Shown here: one piece after another, positions 30,501 to 39,777 of the stretch
How positions within the stretch are numbered: the first letter of the stretch is position 1
How the letters are laid out: each line of letters starts with the position of its first letter
DNA from: Bacteroidia bacterium
GTDB taxonomy: Bacteria > Bacteroidota > Bacteroidia > B-17B0 > Aurantibacillaceae
DNA length: 64,000 nucleotides
Assembly (NCBI GenBank): GCA_025455485.1
Contig: JALOMJ010000001.1
Coordinates: 44,746 to 108,745 of the forward strand
Direction of reading: 5' to 3'
The notes under the pieces: model-generated
What the model saw: only the letters and a program-made list of their open reading frames with translations
The model's database searches: none
What the model was told of the DNA's origin: nothing
Position numbers and translations under genes: made by a program

Positions 30501-31253
30501 TGAGTTGTAATCGTAAGCATCAGTGATAAGGGACGAAATTAATTCCACACCACCAAAATATTTGGATTGAGGTCCGCGGGTAGAAATGGAAATGGCGCCT
30601 GCTGTAAGGTCGCCAAAGTTGGCAGGTACCCCGCCTGTAATTACGTTTAATTGCTCAATGGATTGTTGAGGAAGATTAGGAGAACCAAACACTTTTACAC
30701 CATCCACAAAATACGTGGTGTTGGTAGAACGCCCACCACGCACATTCAGCGCACCACCTTCGTCGGCCTGATACACACCGGCGGTAGTTGCCGCCACGGA
30801 GTTAATATCTTTTGTGGCGAGGTTCTGATAATCTTCACGGGTAACCGTTTGACCGGATTTGGTATCTGGATCGATTAACGGCACCAAATAAGTTACCACA
30901 TCCACTTCCTGAAGGTTGGTGCCTTCTCCACCGGCTAGCGGAATTGTAACATAGGCCGTTTTACCTTCGCCCACTACCACATCTTTTACTTCGGTGGCCT
31001 GATAACCAACAAATACACCTTTTACGGTGTATTTTCCGGGAGCAAGTGGTTTAATAAACGCCTCACCATCCATATTGGTTGTGGCCACGCCCACCTGAAC
31101 ACCATCTCTGTAAGCTACAACGTTGGCAAAGGGTATAGGCTCCTTTGTTGCTTTATCCTGCAACAGAACTTTAATTGCTCCGTTATCACCCTGCGCTAAT
31201 GCCGACAAACTAAAGCCAACAACCATTACTAATGCGAGATAGATTTTCTTCAT
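27525..31253 (-). CDS. Large TonB-dependent receptor with carboxypeptidase-regulatory-like N-domain
   Basis: N-domain EPIPFANV; plug LNVRGGRSTNTTYFVDGV and ITGGVPANFGD; barrel motifs GLRIDRYD, PRLGFSFPIS, YEFGFSQ, LDFDQRH, NLFNTRN; ends PRQIRIGLLFEF. Confidence 0.9.
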   Translation of the reverse strand: MKKIYLALVMVVGFSLSALAQGDNGAIKVLLQDKATKEPIPFANVVAYRDGVQVGVATTNMDGEAFIKPLAPGKYTVKGVFVGYQATEVKDVVVGEGKTAYVTIPLAGGEGTNLQEVDVVTYLVPLIDPDTKSGQTVTREDYQNLATKDINSVAATTAGVYQADEGGALNVRGGRSTNTTYFVDGVKVFGSPNLPQQSIEQLNVITGGVPANFGDLTAGAISISTRGPQSKYFGGVELISSLITDAYDYNSLGFSFGGPILKKRDSISERTVLGFFISGQGNYIKEPRPPFVDIYILEDEKLNELKNQPLVPSPSGSGFIRSSEFVTKEDMYTQKYRPNSAVRSLAINGKLDYQPTNNTIISLGGFYDYSDGFNYSSLSQVFNSPNHSKSTSTTYRGQISLTQKFGNPNANKEKTQSLLSNSYFKFLMSYEGINARTESPFHRDEVFKYGYVGNFDRTFLDENFAYNYEFTPDYNVNGQAVNAYTYTGRQELPVKFTASDLNPDAALFTTNLISQSNPNQVSMNYIQGNNGVLNGGRPGTIYNDLYFNFGTYPAGYNKSQSNTFRIATSFNTDVKKHALSVGFELDQRFVSSYGLAATALWTRMRLIANDHTRELDLSTPIRNDEFSGLIPYYYFNYLYQEDKQTQFSEKLLEKMGLPKDYTGFVNTDAMDPSTFSMDMFSAEDLLGTTGDANLVAYSGFRHDGEKSEDSKQTTSIDKFLNDKDENGRNLFTIGTFKPVYAAAYIMDKFDFKDIKFLVGLRIDRYDANQPVLKDKYALHELASVSDLNSLENLPSGFTDNIPGNISEDAAVYVSQNPAGGRSPGEILGYREGDRWYNAEGAEISDPSLIYSSDGRPIPLYKDFANYEKNMSVGGFTAYKAEIIPQPRLGFSFPISDVANFFAHYDVLVQRPTNSVIQPLEYYYLNATSTSPVITNPNQRMQRTIDYEFGFSQVLNERKNASLSISAFYKEFRNQINQRTVVGAYPKNYIMFDNIDFSTVKGLSAVFDFRRTGGSRINFNYTLQFAEGSGSNVNSGANLASSGQPNLRVLQPLDFDQRHSFVLNYDYRFGRKKDYKGWTITRKNDKKINVFEDVGFNLSFLLGSGTPYTRWSTAVPTQGGNARSNIEGQINGSSKPWNFRTNLRIDKNIDLTWGREESDSRKHANLNVYLQVLNLFNTRNVLNVYNYTGEPDDDGYLSSTQAQAAIAQANNAASFIDLYSIRMNNPNNYNTPRQIRIGLLFEF

Positions 31254-31410
31254 ATAGTGTTAAATTACGCTAAAACAATTCTTTCAGTAAAGCCTTAAAT
31301 TTATAAACACTGCGGCTTTCAAACAAAAAAAAATGTGTTTTATTTATTAATATACTAGTTTTCAACCGTTTAAACTTGGTTTTTTGCCTTTTACAAAAAT
31401 TGGCTTAGAA

Positions 31411-31418
31411 CAAATTTA
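31411..31418 (-). promoter_or_regulatory. -7 promoter element candidate for the TBDR cassette
   Basis: TAAATTTG on the minus strand in an AT-rich intergenic region, overlapped by GCTTAGAA-type direct repeats. Confidence 0.45.
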
Positions 31419-31522
31419 CTCACACTGGCTTTAGAATAAATTAACAGCTTAGAAATTGGCCATTGTTATTTGATAAGTGGACCCTTCAAACGAGTAAATG
31501 GTTGTTAGGCGATGCATAGAAT

Positions 31523-31843
31523 TTACAATTTTCTCAGCCATCGGGTTAAAAAAAACTCCCGTTCGTTGTTGTTTATGCGTTTGGATTTTTTTCGGCTGGC
31601 TTTCATGCGTTTGCGCACTTTTTGGGTTTGGATGCGTTTGTGGTGCTTTTTAATTGCTTTTTGTTCGGCTTTTTCCAATTTGCGTTTTTCCCGTTTTTCC
31701 TGACGAAGGCGTTTGTTGGATTTGATTTCCTGCTTTATGGATTTCGCCGGAGGGCCGCCCCCCCGTTCCTGAGCAAAAAAACTTCCCGTTTGAGTGAAAC
31801 TGATTAATAGGCTCAGCAGCGCTAAACGGGCAAAGCATTTCAT
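31523..31843 (-). CDS. Hypothetical exported Lys/Arg-rich small protein
   Basis: Signal-peptide-like N-terminus and very basic helical body. Start overlaps the dCMP deaminase stop (ATGA). Confidence 0.6.
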   Translation of the reverse strand: MKCFARLALLSLLISFTQTGSFFAQERGGGPPAKSIKQEIKSNKRLRQEKREKRKLEKAEQKAIKKHHKRIQTQKVRKRMKASRKKSKRINNNEREFFLTRWLRKL

Positions 31844-32295
31844 TTTTGATATTGCACAACTTCAACGCCGAAACGTTTCAGAAAATCAACCCCTTCTTCA
31901 GCTTTAATGGCTTTAAAAGCAGCATAGCTGTGCAGGTAATACACTTTTTTTATACCTACGGTATAGATCACGCGCGCACAGGCAATGCAAGGGGATAAGG
32001 TAATATAGAGTGTGCAGCCATTTAAACTAATGTTGTTTTTAGCGGCATAAAGAATGGCATTTTGTTCGGCGTGTAGCGCAAGAGAACAGCTTCCTTTGCT
32101 ATCACGCGGGCAGCCTTCTCCGGGCCATTCGATGTCGCAATTGTGAGTGCCTGACGGAGGACCGTTGTAGCCAAGGGAAACAATGCGTGTATCTTTGGTG
32201 AGTACTGCGCCCACCTGTGCTTTTACACAATGCGAGCGTTTGGCCAGGGTGCCGGCCAAATCCATATAAATATCATCAAAGGAAGGTTTGCTCAT
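31840..32295 (-). CDS. dCMP deaminase family protein
   Basis: Motifs RSHC, VGAV, GYNG, HAEQNAI and SPCIAC (zinc site). Confidence 0.93.
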   Translation of the reverse strand: MSKPSFDDIYMDLAGTLAKRSHCVKAQVGAVLTKDTRIVSLGYNGPPSGTHNCDIEWPGEGCPRDSKGSCSLALHAEQNAILYAAKNNISLNGCTLYITLSPCIACARVIYTVGIKKVYYLHSYAAFKAIKAEEGVDFLKRFGVEVVQYQK

Positions 32296-32325
32296 GCATT
32301 AAAAATAAGAAATTACACCAACAAA

Positions 32326-32949
32326 TTAAACAGCCTCGCTAACAACTTCCTTCACATGGTCGGGTAAAAGGCGTTTTAATAAGGCCTCAATGCCGGCTTT
32401 CAGCGTCATAGTGCTGCTGGGGCACCCACTGCAACTGCCGCGCATTTGAACTACCACCTTACCATCAATTAATTCTTTGAAGGTAATAAGGCCACCATCC
32501 TGTTCCACCGCCGGCCGGATGTATTGTTCCAGTACCTCAATAATTTTATTTTCAATATCATTTTTAGGCGACTGGTGGTGAGTATTTACCTTTACTGTTT
32601 CTGAAAAGCTGGAATCTTTTGCAACTTCATTTACCGGCAATTTTAAAATTACAGGCTCTTTGCTGTTGAGGTAATTGGTAATAAACAGCCTTAATTCATC
32701 GCGAATTTCTTCCCATTCCACCGCATCATGTTTTGTAACAGTAATGTAGTTAGAAGCAAAAAATACACGCTTTACAAAAGGAAACAAAAACAATTTGGCA
32801 GCAAGGGGAGCGTCTTTGCCGGCAGATTTAGGCTCGTAGTCGGCGGTGGCGCCGCTCACCAAAATTAGTTTATTGGCAACAAACTTGAGGCTGGCCGGGT
32901 TTGGTGTTTCCTCGGCATAAACAATATATGGGATGTCTTTTAGTTCCAT
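32326..32949 (-). CDS. NifU/Nfu family Fe-S cluster carrier (Nfu_N + NifU_C)
   Basis: Motifs ETPNPASLKF, IRPAVEQDGG, GSCSGCPSSTMTLKAGIE. Confidence 0.93.
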   Translation of the reverse strand: MELKDIPYIVYAEETPNPASLKFVANKLILVSGATADYEPKSAGKDAPLAAKLFLFPFVKRVFFASNYITVTKHDAVEWEEIRDELRLFITNYLNSKEPVILKLPVNEVAKDSSFSETVKVNTHHQSPKNDIENKIIEVLEQYIRPAVEQDGGLITFKELIDGKVVVQMRGSCSGCPSSTMTLKAGIEALLKRLLPDHVKEVVSEAV

Positions 32950-32965
32950 GATTTAATTTCAGGCA

Positions 32966-32973
32966 CAAAGTTA
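32966..32973 (-). promoter_or_regulatory. -7 promoter element for the nfu gene
   Basis: TAACTTTG on the minus strand. Confidence 0.6.
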
Positions 32974-33011
32974 CGGTTTAGAATTTGATTACTTTTACAG
33001 GAAGCGCATTT

Positions 33012-34583
33012 ATGTTTATTCAAACAGATTATTTGGTAATTGGTTCCGGGATAGCCGGACTAAGTTTTGCACTCAAAGCCGCCGAAACGGGCACAGTAAT
33101 GCTGATAACCAAAAGCAATGATGACGAAAGCAATACCAAATATGCACAAGGTGGCATTGCGGCCGTTTGGCACAGCGAAGACAGTTTTGAAAAACACATT
33201 GCCGATACCATGAACGCCGGAGCAGGTCTTTGCGATGAAAAAATTGTTCGTCAGGTTGTAAGCGAGGGCACAAAACGCGTGGAAGAGCTGATTGACCTTG
33301 GAACCCAATTTGACAGAAACGAAAAAGGCCAATACGATTTAGCCAAAGAAGGCGGACACAGCGAACACAGGATTTTGCACCACAAAGACGTTACCGGATT
33401 TGAAATTGAAAGGGCGTTGCTTAAAAAAATTCACAGCCACAGCAACATTACTGTGCTTGACCATTACTTCGCCATCGATATCCTCACCCAGCATCACCTC
33501 GGAAAAATTGTAAAATCAAGCACTTTGGATATTACTTGTTATGGAGCGTATATATTAAATACCAAAAACGGCCATGTTGATACCGTGCTTTCCAAAATAA
33601 CCGTAATGGCGACGGGCGGCATTGGGCAGGTGTATGCAACCACCACCAATCCTACGATTGCCACTGGCGATGGTATTGCCATGGTGTACAGGGCGAAAGG
33701 AAAAGTTAAGGACATGGAGTTTGTTCAGTTTCATCCTACTTCTCTTTACAACCCGGGTGAACATCCAAGTTTTTTAATCACTGAGGCCATGAGGGGCTTT
33801 GGGGCCGTATTAAAAACGGCGGATAAACGGGAGTTTATGCATCATTACGACCACCGAGGCTCGTTGGCGCCCAGAGACATTGTTTCGAGGGCGATTGATA
33901 ACGAGATGAAAATGCGGGGTGATGATTTTGTGTATTTGGATTGCAGGCATCTCGACCGGAAAGGATTTATCGATCATTTTCCAAACATCTACAACAAATG
34001 TATGGGCTTAGGCATCGACCCTTTTATAGATCTGATTCCGATTGTGCCTGCACAACACTATTTGTGTGGAGGCATTGCCGTGGATGAGTTTGCACAAAGC
34101 AGCATAAAACATCTGTATGCCATTGGAGAGTGCGCTTGCACAGGCTTGCACGGCGCCAACCGTTTGGCCAGTAATTCTTTATTAGAAGCCGTTGTGTATG
34201 CTCACCGGGCCTTTGAAAATGCCAGTCAAAAAGTGAGTGGTATTAAATTTCAGCCCGGTATTCCTGATTGGAATGCAGAAGGCACCGAGCACGCTGAGGA
34301 GATGGTGTTAATAACACAATCACGCAAAGAAGTGCAGCAAATCATGTCGAACTACGTCGGCATTGTGCGAAGTCCGTTACGCTTGCAAAGAGCCTTCGAT
34401 CGTTTGGAAATTTTGTATAAAGAAAACGAAGCCTTGTACGATAAAACTACCATAACTCAGGCCTTGTCTGAACTTCGCAACCTGATTTGCATAGGATATC
34501 TCATAATCAAACATGCCATGGAGAGAAAAAAAAGTGTGGGATTACACTATATTCACGACTACAAAAACAAGGCGGTAGTGTAG
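33012..34583 (+). CDS. nadB: L-aspartate oxidase
   Basis: Motifs IGSGIAGL, YAQGGIA, EGGHS..RILH, QFHPT, LITEAMRG, LAPRDIV, GLHGANRLASNSLLE. Start set at ATG 33012. Confidence 0.96.
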   Translation: MFIQTDYLVIGSGIAGLSFALKAAETGTVMLITKSNDDESNTKYAQGGIAAVWHSEDSFEKHIADTMNAGAGLCDEKIVRQVVSEGTKRVEELIDLGTQFDRNEKGQYDLAKEGGHSEHRILHHKDVTGFEIERALLKKIHSHSNITVLDHYFAIDILTQHHLGKIVKSSTLDITCYGAYILNTKNGHVDTVLSKITVMATGGIGQVYATTTNPTIATGDGIAMVYRAKGKVKDMEFVQFHPTSLYNPGEHPSFLITEAMRGFGAVLKTADKREFMHHYDHRGSLAPRDIVSRAIDNEMKMRGDDFVYLDCRHLDRKGFIDHFPNIYNKCMGLGIDPFIDLIPIVPAQHYLCGGIAVDEFAQSSIKHLYAIGECACTGLHGANRLASNSLLEAVVYAHRAFENASQKVSGIKFQPGIPDWNAEGTEHAEEMVLITQSRKEVQQIMSNYVGIVRSPLRLQRAFDRLEILYKENEALYDKTTITQALSELRNLICIGYLIIKHAMERKKSVGLHYIHDYKNKAVV

Positions 34584-34655
34584 TTTTGATTTTTTTGGTA
34601 TATTTTTTTACCTTTAATTGAGTCTAAATTAATATTCACCTCTAAAACCAAAGCC

Positions 34656-37247
34656 ATGAATAAAGTTTTTACCAAGGTTCTTTTTTCTGCCATTTGTGTT
34701 TTCTCCTCACTTTCAAATTTTTCCCAATGTGCCGGAACGTTTGCGGGTGGCTCATCATCCAACATGTATACGCAAATACGAAATTCCACAAATCCGGTGG
34801 CTGCCGACAAAAATTTAAATACCGTTGTATTCATTCACAGAAACAATGCCGGGGCATTTGGTGGAAATTCCGGTCATCTGCGTTACGATGTGTCGGTAAA
34901 TGGAGGCCTCAGCTGGACAAACGATCAGGGGTTATTGAACCCGGTTAATTCAAGTCTGGCTCGCTATCCAAATGTTACCATTCACAACCCCAGCGCAAAC
35001 ATTAATCCTGCCAACGCTTATATTGGTTATATGGCAGCCACCATTAATTCACTAAACTCAACCTGGAATGGCGTGGTATCAGGTGTAAGACAGTTGAGCG
35101 GAGCAGGCAACACTGAAAACTATAATCAGCCGGTGCTTAATCCTCAGCTTATCCCTCACTCCATTGTAAAAGGTGCACCCGGGGTGTATTGGTCAATTGA
35201 TGCCTTGTTCAACGGATCTACCATTACAGGGTTTGCGGTTTACAAAGGGGTTTGGAATACTTTGAGCAACGATATTGTGTGGTCGACCAATTACACCTTA
35301 ACACCGAATTTCACAACGCCCGGCCTGGTTGGCGATTACAACATAGCTTTTGATCCCAGCGGCAACATTGGTTGGTTCAGTTACCTGAGTCACCTCAGCG
35401 GTGGGCCAACCGCCAACAGTATTTATTATCCGGTGTTTTACAAAACCACAAATGGCGGCGCCACCTGGACCGGTCCTATCCAGGTAAACCTTAATAACTT
35501 TACCTGCATCACCAACAACATGGTATCGCCAAATGTTGCCACCACAAATTTTGAACATGATCTGGTGGTGGATGTGTTAGGAAATCCTCATCTGTTAACC
35601 ACCATTTGTACTGGAAACAATGGGTACTCTGTTTTATACGGATCGTGGCACCACATGTTCGACATCACACAAATAAACGGTGTGTGGGGGGCTTATGATA
35701 TTGCCAATGTGAATGCCGGGAGAGGCAGCTGGGGGGTATCGCCTAACATCGCTACCATGGACATGGCCCCGCAAGCCGCCAGAAGTGCCGATGGCAGCAA
35801 ACTCTTTTTTACCTGGAGCGACAATGCCAATTATTTACTTGGTGCAAACAATCAAACGCCTAATCTTTTTGGAAGGGCCTTTGATGTTTTGCAAAATAAA
35901 TGGACCCCGATCAAGGATTTCACGTCCTGTAATCCCGCTACAAATGGTTTAATCTTATTCCCTCACCTCGCACCGGAAGTATTGGAACCGGCGCCCAATG
36001 TGTATAAGTTAGCTTCCGTGTATGGAGAGTTCACAGTGCCCAATGACCCCTTGTTACCATCTAATTTTAAATTTCTCGACAACCTTATTTTTTCCGTGAG
36101 TGAATTTTCAGTAAACAATTCAAGTGCTGTTGTCAATATCAATCAAAGCAGTCCGTTGCTGATATGTCCAGGAAGCAGCGTGCCCATAAGCATAAGCGGC
36201 AATTACGGACAGGTGCTTTGGAGCAACGGCTCAGTTAACAACGTTACATCGGTAGGCACAAGCACCAATACGTTTTATTACGTTACGGCGCAGCAAAACT
36301 GCTACCTTGGCATCGATACTATTTTTGTGAGTAACATGAGTTTCAGTGCAGCGCTTGGCGCACAGGGCATATGCTTTGGCGACTCCACCCAATTGGCCGC
36401 AAGCGGAAATGCCTTAAGTTACAGCTGGCAACCCGGCGCACTCAGCGGCACGTTGGTTTCGGTGAGTCCGGCCAGTTCAACCATTTATACGCTTTCAGCC
36501 TCCGGCAGTAGTTGTGTAAGTACAGAAACTATTCAACTGGGTGTTTTTCAGTTGCCAACATTAACCATACTTGGGCAGGACAGTTTGTGTGAAGGCAGCT
36601 CCATCACCCATACGGTTACCGGGGCGAGTACGTATACCTGGAGTCATGGGGCTTTTGGTAATATTGCCACTACTACACCGAGCGCTAACACCAATTATAC
36701 AGTCATTGGCGTTGATACTAATTTTTGTGCCAATACCCAAACTATTTCGATTAGTTTGGTGGCTGTACCTAACTTAAGCATCAGCAGCACGCGCTCTGTT
36801 ATTTGCAGAGGAGAAAGTGCCACCATTACTGTAAGTGGCGCCAATAGTTACAGTTGGAGCGGCAGCGGACTAAACACATCGAGTATAACCGTTTCGCCTA
36901 GCCTAACGGTCACCTATTCGGTTTCCGGAACCAACACATTTGGCTGCATGGCTTACACTCAATTTACTCAAAGTGTTTCTCTTTGTACAGGCATTGGGTT
37001 GGAGGAATTTGTAACGAACGATGTTTTGGTATTCCCTAACCCAAACTCGGGTAATTTCGTGTTTTACGCGAATTCGGCCCTTGAACTACTTTTATACAAC
37101 GAGCTAGGACAGTTACTGAGAAAAGAGCAACTTCATGAAAACAATAATTTTAAAACTGAATTTACTAATATTTCTGCAGGGGTGTATTTCTTAAGCTGGA
37201 CCTCACCATCCGGTATTCAAACCAGAAAGGTGATTGTTAGTCCTTAA
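34656..37247 (+). CDS. T9SS type A cargo: BNR/Asp-box beta-propeller-like domain, Ig-like repeats and CTD
   Basis: Signal peptide; Asp-box motifs SVNGGLSW and TTNGGATW; repeated IC.G.S...SGA.SYSW units; CTD VFPNPNSG...YNELGQ...GVYF...KVIV. Confidence 0.85.
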   Translation: MNKVFTKVLFSAICVFSSLSNFSQCAGTFAGGSSSNMYTQIRNSTNPVAADKNLNTVVFIHRNNAGAFGGNSGHLRYDVSVNGGLSWTNDQGLLNPVNSSLARYPNVTIHNPSANINPANAYIGYMAATINSLNSTWNGVVSGVRQLSGAGNTENYNQPVLNPQLIPHSIVKGAPGVYWSIDALFNGSTITGFAVYKGVWNTLSNDIVWSTNYTLTPNFTTPGLVGDYNIAFDPSGNIGWFSYLSHLSGGPTANSIYYPVFYKTTNGGATWTGPIQVNLNNFTCITNNMVSPNVATTNFEHDLVVDVLGNPHLLTTICTGNNGYSVLYGSWHHMFDITQINGVWGAYDIANVNAGRGSWGVSPNIATMDMAPQAARSADGSKLFFTWSDNANYLLGANNQTPNLFGRAFDVLQNKWTPIKDFTSCNPATNGLILFPHLAPEVLEPAPNVYKLASVYGEFTVPNDPLLPSNFKFLDNLIFSVSEFSVNNSSAVVNINQSSPLLICPGSSVPISISGNYGQVLWSNGSVNNVTSVGTSTNTFYYVTAQQNCYLGIDTIFVSNMSFSAALGAQGICFGDSTQLAASGNALSYSWQPGALSGTLVSVSPASSTIYTLSASGSSCVSTETIQLGVFQLPTLTILGQDSLCEGSSITHTVTGASTYTWSHGAFGNIATTTPSANTNYTVIGVDTNFCANTQTISISLVAVPNLSISSTRSVICRGESATITVSGANSYSWSGSGLNTSSITVSPSLTVTYSVSGTNTFGCMAYTQFTQSVSLCTGIGLEEFVTNDVLVFPNPNSGNFVFYANSALELLLYNELGQLLRKEQLHENNNFKTEFTNISAGVYFLSWTSPSGIQTRKVIVSP

Positions 37248-37315
37248 TTTTATTTCTGGACTAATGAAAAGTGTTTATGAAACAAAAAACAAACTTTTCA
37301 TGACATGAAAAGAAT

Positions 37316-37323
37316 TATCTTTG
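37316..37323 (+). promoter_or_regulatory. -7 promoter element for yebC-recJ
   Basis: TATCTTTG, 21 nt before the ATG. Confidence 0.62.
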
Positions 37324-37344
37324 CGTGCTTAATTTTTTAACGAG

Positions 37345-38058
37345 ATGGGACGAATTTTTGAAACCAGAAAAGCGACTATGTTTAAGCGTTACGCCAAGAT
37401 GGCGAAAGCGTTTACAAAAATTGGAAGGGATATTGTAATTGCAGTAAAACTTGGCGGTCCGCATCCTGAATCCAATCCGAGATTAAGGATGATTATACAA
37501 AACGCTAAGGCGGTGAATATGCCAAAAGCAAACGTAGAATCGGCTATTAAGCGCGCCAGTGAAAAAGATTCGAGCAACTACGAGGAAATTGTGTATGAAG
37601 GGTATGCGCCGTATGGTGTGCCTGTACTTGTTGAGTGCACCACAAACAATCCTACACGAACTGTAGCCAGCGTGCGTATGTATTTCAGTCGTGCAAATGG
37701 ATCATTGGGCACAAACGGTTCAGTTAGTTTTATGTTTGAACACGTGGTGTTATTTAAAATTGACGCCACCAATCTGAATAAAGATGATCTTGAACTTGAA
37801 TTAATTGATTTTGGTTTGGAAGACATCAATCACGATGAAGAAAACAACCAGTTTATTATTCAGGTACAATTCGTTGATTTTGGTAAAATGCAATCTGCAC
37901 TGGAAGAAAGAAAAATCAATGTTATTGAAACCAGTAAAATATATATTCCCACAACAACCAAAGAACTGCCACCTGAGCAGGAAGCAGAAGTAATGGCTAT
38001 GATAGAAAAGATGGAGGAAGACGACGATATTCAGGCCGTTTACCATAACTTATCCTGA
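37345..38058 (+). CDS. yebC: YebC/PmpR family protein
   Basis: Motifs MGRIFETRK, NPRLR, NMPK, YEGYAPYG, NNPTRT, DDDIQAVYHN. Confidence 0.93.
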   Translation: MGRIFETRKATMFKRYAKMAKAFTKIGRDIVIAVKLGGPHPESNPRLRMIIQNAKAVNMPKANVESAIKRASEKDSSNYEEIVYEGYAPYGVPVLVECTTNNPTRTVASVRMYFSRANGSLGTNGSVSFMFEHVVLFKIDATNLNKDDLELELIDFGLEDINHDEENNQFIIQVQFVDFGKMQSALEERKINVIETSKIYIPTTTKELPPEQEAEVMAMIEKMEEDDDIQAVYHNLS

Positions 38059-38061
38059 CCG

Positions 38062-39777
38062 TTGGAAAAAAAATGGAACATACTACCTCCCGGTAATGTT
38101 GATGTGCTTCAAACCATTCAAGATCAACTTCATGTTAGCCGGCACATTGCCCTTCTATTAAAGCACCGTAATATTCTGAGTTATGAAGAGGCCAAAGCAT
38201 TTTTTCGGCCGGATTTAAACACCTTGCATGATCCTTTTTTAATGAAAGGCATGCGGGAAGCCATTGACCGCATAGACAGGGCCATAGAAAAGAAAGAAAA
38301 AATTCTGATTTATGGCGATTATGATGTGGATGGTACAACTGCAGTTAGCATTGTGTACAGCTTTTTTAAAAAACACTATACCCATCTTGAGTATTACATA
38401 CCCGACCGTTATAAAGAAGGCTATGGCATTTCCTTTGTCGGAATAGATTACGCCGCAGCGAATGGTTTTTCTCTTATTATTTCGCTTGACTGTGGCATCA
38501 AAGCGAATGATAAGGTAAGTTATGCAAATGAAAAAAATATCGATTTTATTATTTGCGACCACCATTTGCCGGGCCAGGATGTGCCAAATGCTCTGGCTAT
38601 TCTTGATCCCAAACAAAATGATTGTACATACCCATACAAAGAACTGAGCGGTGCAGGAATAGGCTTTAAACTTATTCAGGCCTGGAGCATACAGCACAAA
38701 TTGGCACCGGAAGCATGTTACAGCTATCTTGATCTTGTTGCTACAAGTATCGCAGCTGACATCGTGCCAATAACCGGAGAAAACCGTATACTCACAACAT
38801 TCGGTTTGGAGCGCATTAACCAAACTCCCCGTCCCGGAGTAAAAGCGCTCTTGGCGTTAAATCAATCAAAAAATGCAGTAAGCGTTCATACCCTTGTGTT
38901 TGTGCTGGGTCCACGCATCAATGCTGCAGGCCGTATTGAACACGGAAGCAAGGCCGTGGAACTTTTGATAAGCGAAAATGATTCAGAAGCAGAACTATTT
39001 GCAAAAGCCATTAATGAAACCAATAATCAACGCCGCGATTTAGATTCGGGTAACACCACTGAAGCCATAGAATTACTTGAACATGAAATTAACCTTAACA
39101 AACGTTACACAACCGTGCTTTATAACCGCAACTGGCACAAAGGTGTTATCGGCATTGTGGCTTCGCGGTTAATAGAAAAATATTACCGCCCTACCATTAT
39201 CCTCACCGAAAGTGATGGTAAAATCAGTGGCAGTGCCCGGAGTGTAAAAGAGTTTGATATATATTCAGCCATTGAGCAGTGCAGCGAGTTGTTGGATCAG
39301 TTTGGCGGACACAAGTTTGCAGCCGGCCTCACATTAAAGGAAGAAAACATTGAAGCTTTCCGGGAAAAATTTGAAAATGTTGTTTCTAAAAGTATCACTC
39401 CCGAACAATTAATACCACGAATTGATATTGACACAGAAATTGAATTTCACGAAATCAACGATAAATTTTTACGCATCTTGCGGCAATTTGCACCACATGG
39501 ACCCGAAAACATGAGTCCGGTGTTTTGTGCCAGGGAAGTTTTCGATACAGGCTGGGGACAGGTTTTCGGAAACAACCACTTAAAACTGGAACTATTTCAA
39601 AAATCCAATCCTGCTCTTCGCTTCCAGGCGATTGCTTATGAAAAAGGCGATTACATTACCTTTTTTCAGAAAAAAACTCCAATGGACATTGTGTTTAAAT
39701 TACAGGAAAACGGTTACCGTGGCCATGGCGGGATGCAGCTCATTGTGGAAGACCTTCGTATCAGTCAACACGCTTAG
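38062..39777 (+). CDS. recJ: Single-stranded-DNA-specific exonuclease RecJ
   Basis: Motifs YGDYDVDG, DCG, DHH, GPRINAAGR, GSARS, FGGHKFAAG. TTG start. Confidence 0.96.
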   Translation: MEKKWNILPPGNVDVLQTIQDQLHVSRHIALLLKHRNILSYEEAKAFFRPDLNTLHDPFLMKGMREAIDRIDRAIEKKEKILIYGDYDVDGTTAVSIVYSFFKKHYTHLEYYIPDRYKEGYGISFVGIDYAAANGFSLIISLDCGIKANDKVSYANEKNIDFIICDHHLPGQDVPNALAILDPKQNDCTYPYKELSGAGIGFKLIQAWSIQHKLAPEACYSYLDLVATSIAADIVPITGENRILTTFGLERINQTPRPGVKALLALNQSKNAVSVHTLVFVLGPRINAAGRIEHGSKAVELLISENDSEAELFAKAINETNNQRRDLDSGNTTEAIELLEHEINLNKRYTTVLYNRNWHKGVIGIVASRLIEKYYRPTIILTESDGKISGSARSVKEFDIYSAIEQCSELLDQFGGHKFAAGLTLKEENIEAFREKFENVVSKSITPEQLIPRIDIDTEIEFHEINDKFLRILRQFAPHGPENMSPVFCAREVFDTGWGQVFGNNHLKLELFQKSNPALRFQAIAYEKGDYITFFQKKTPMDIVFKLQENGYRGHGGMQLIVEDLRISQHA

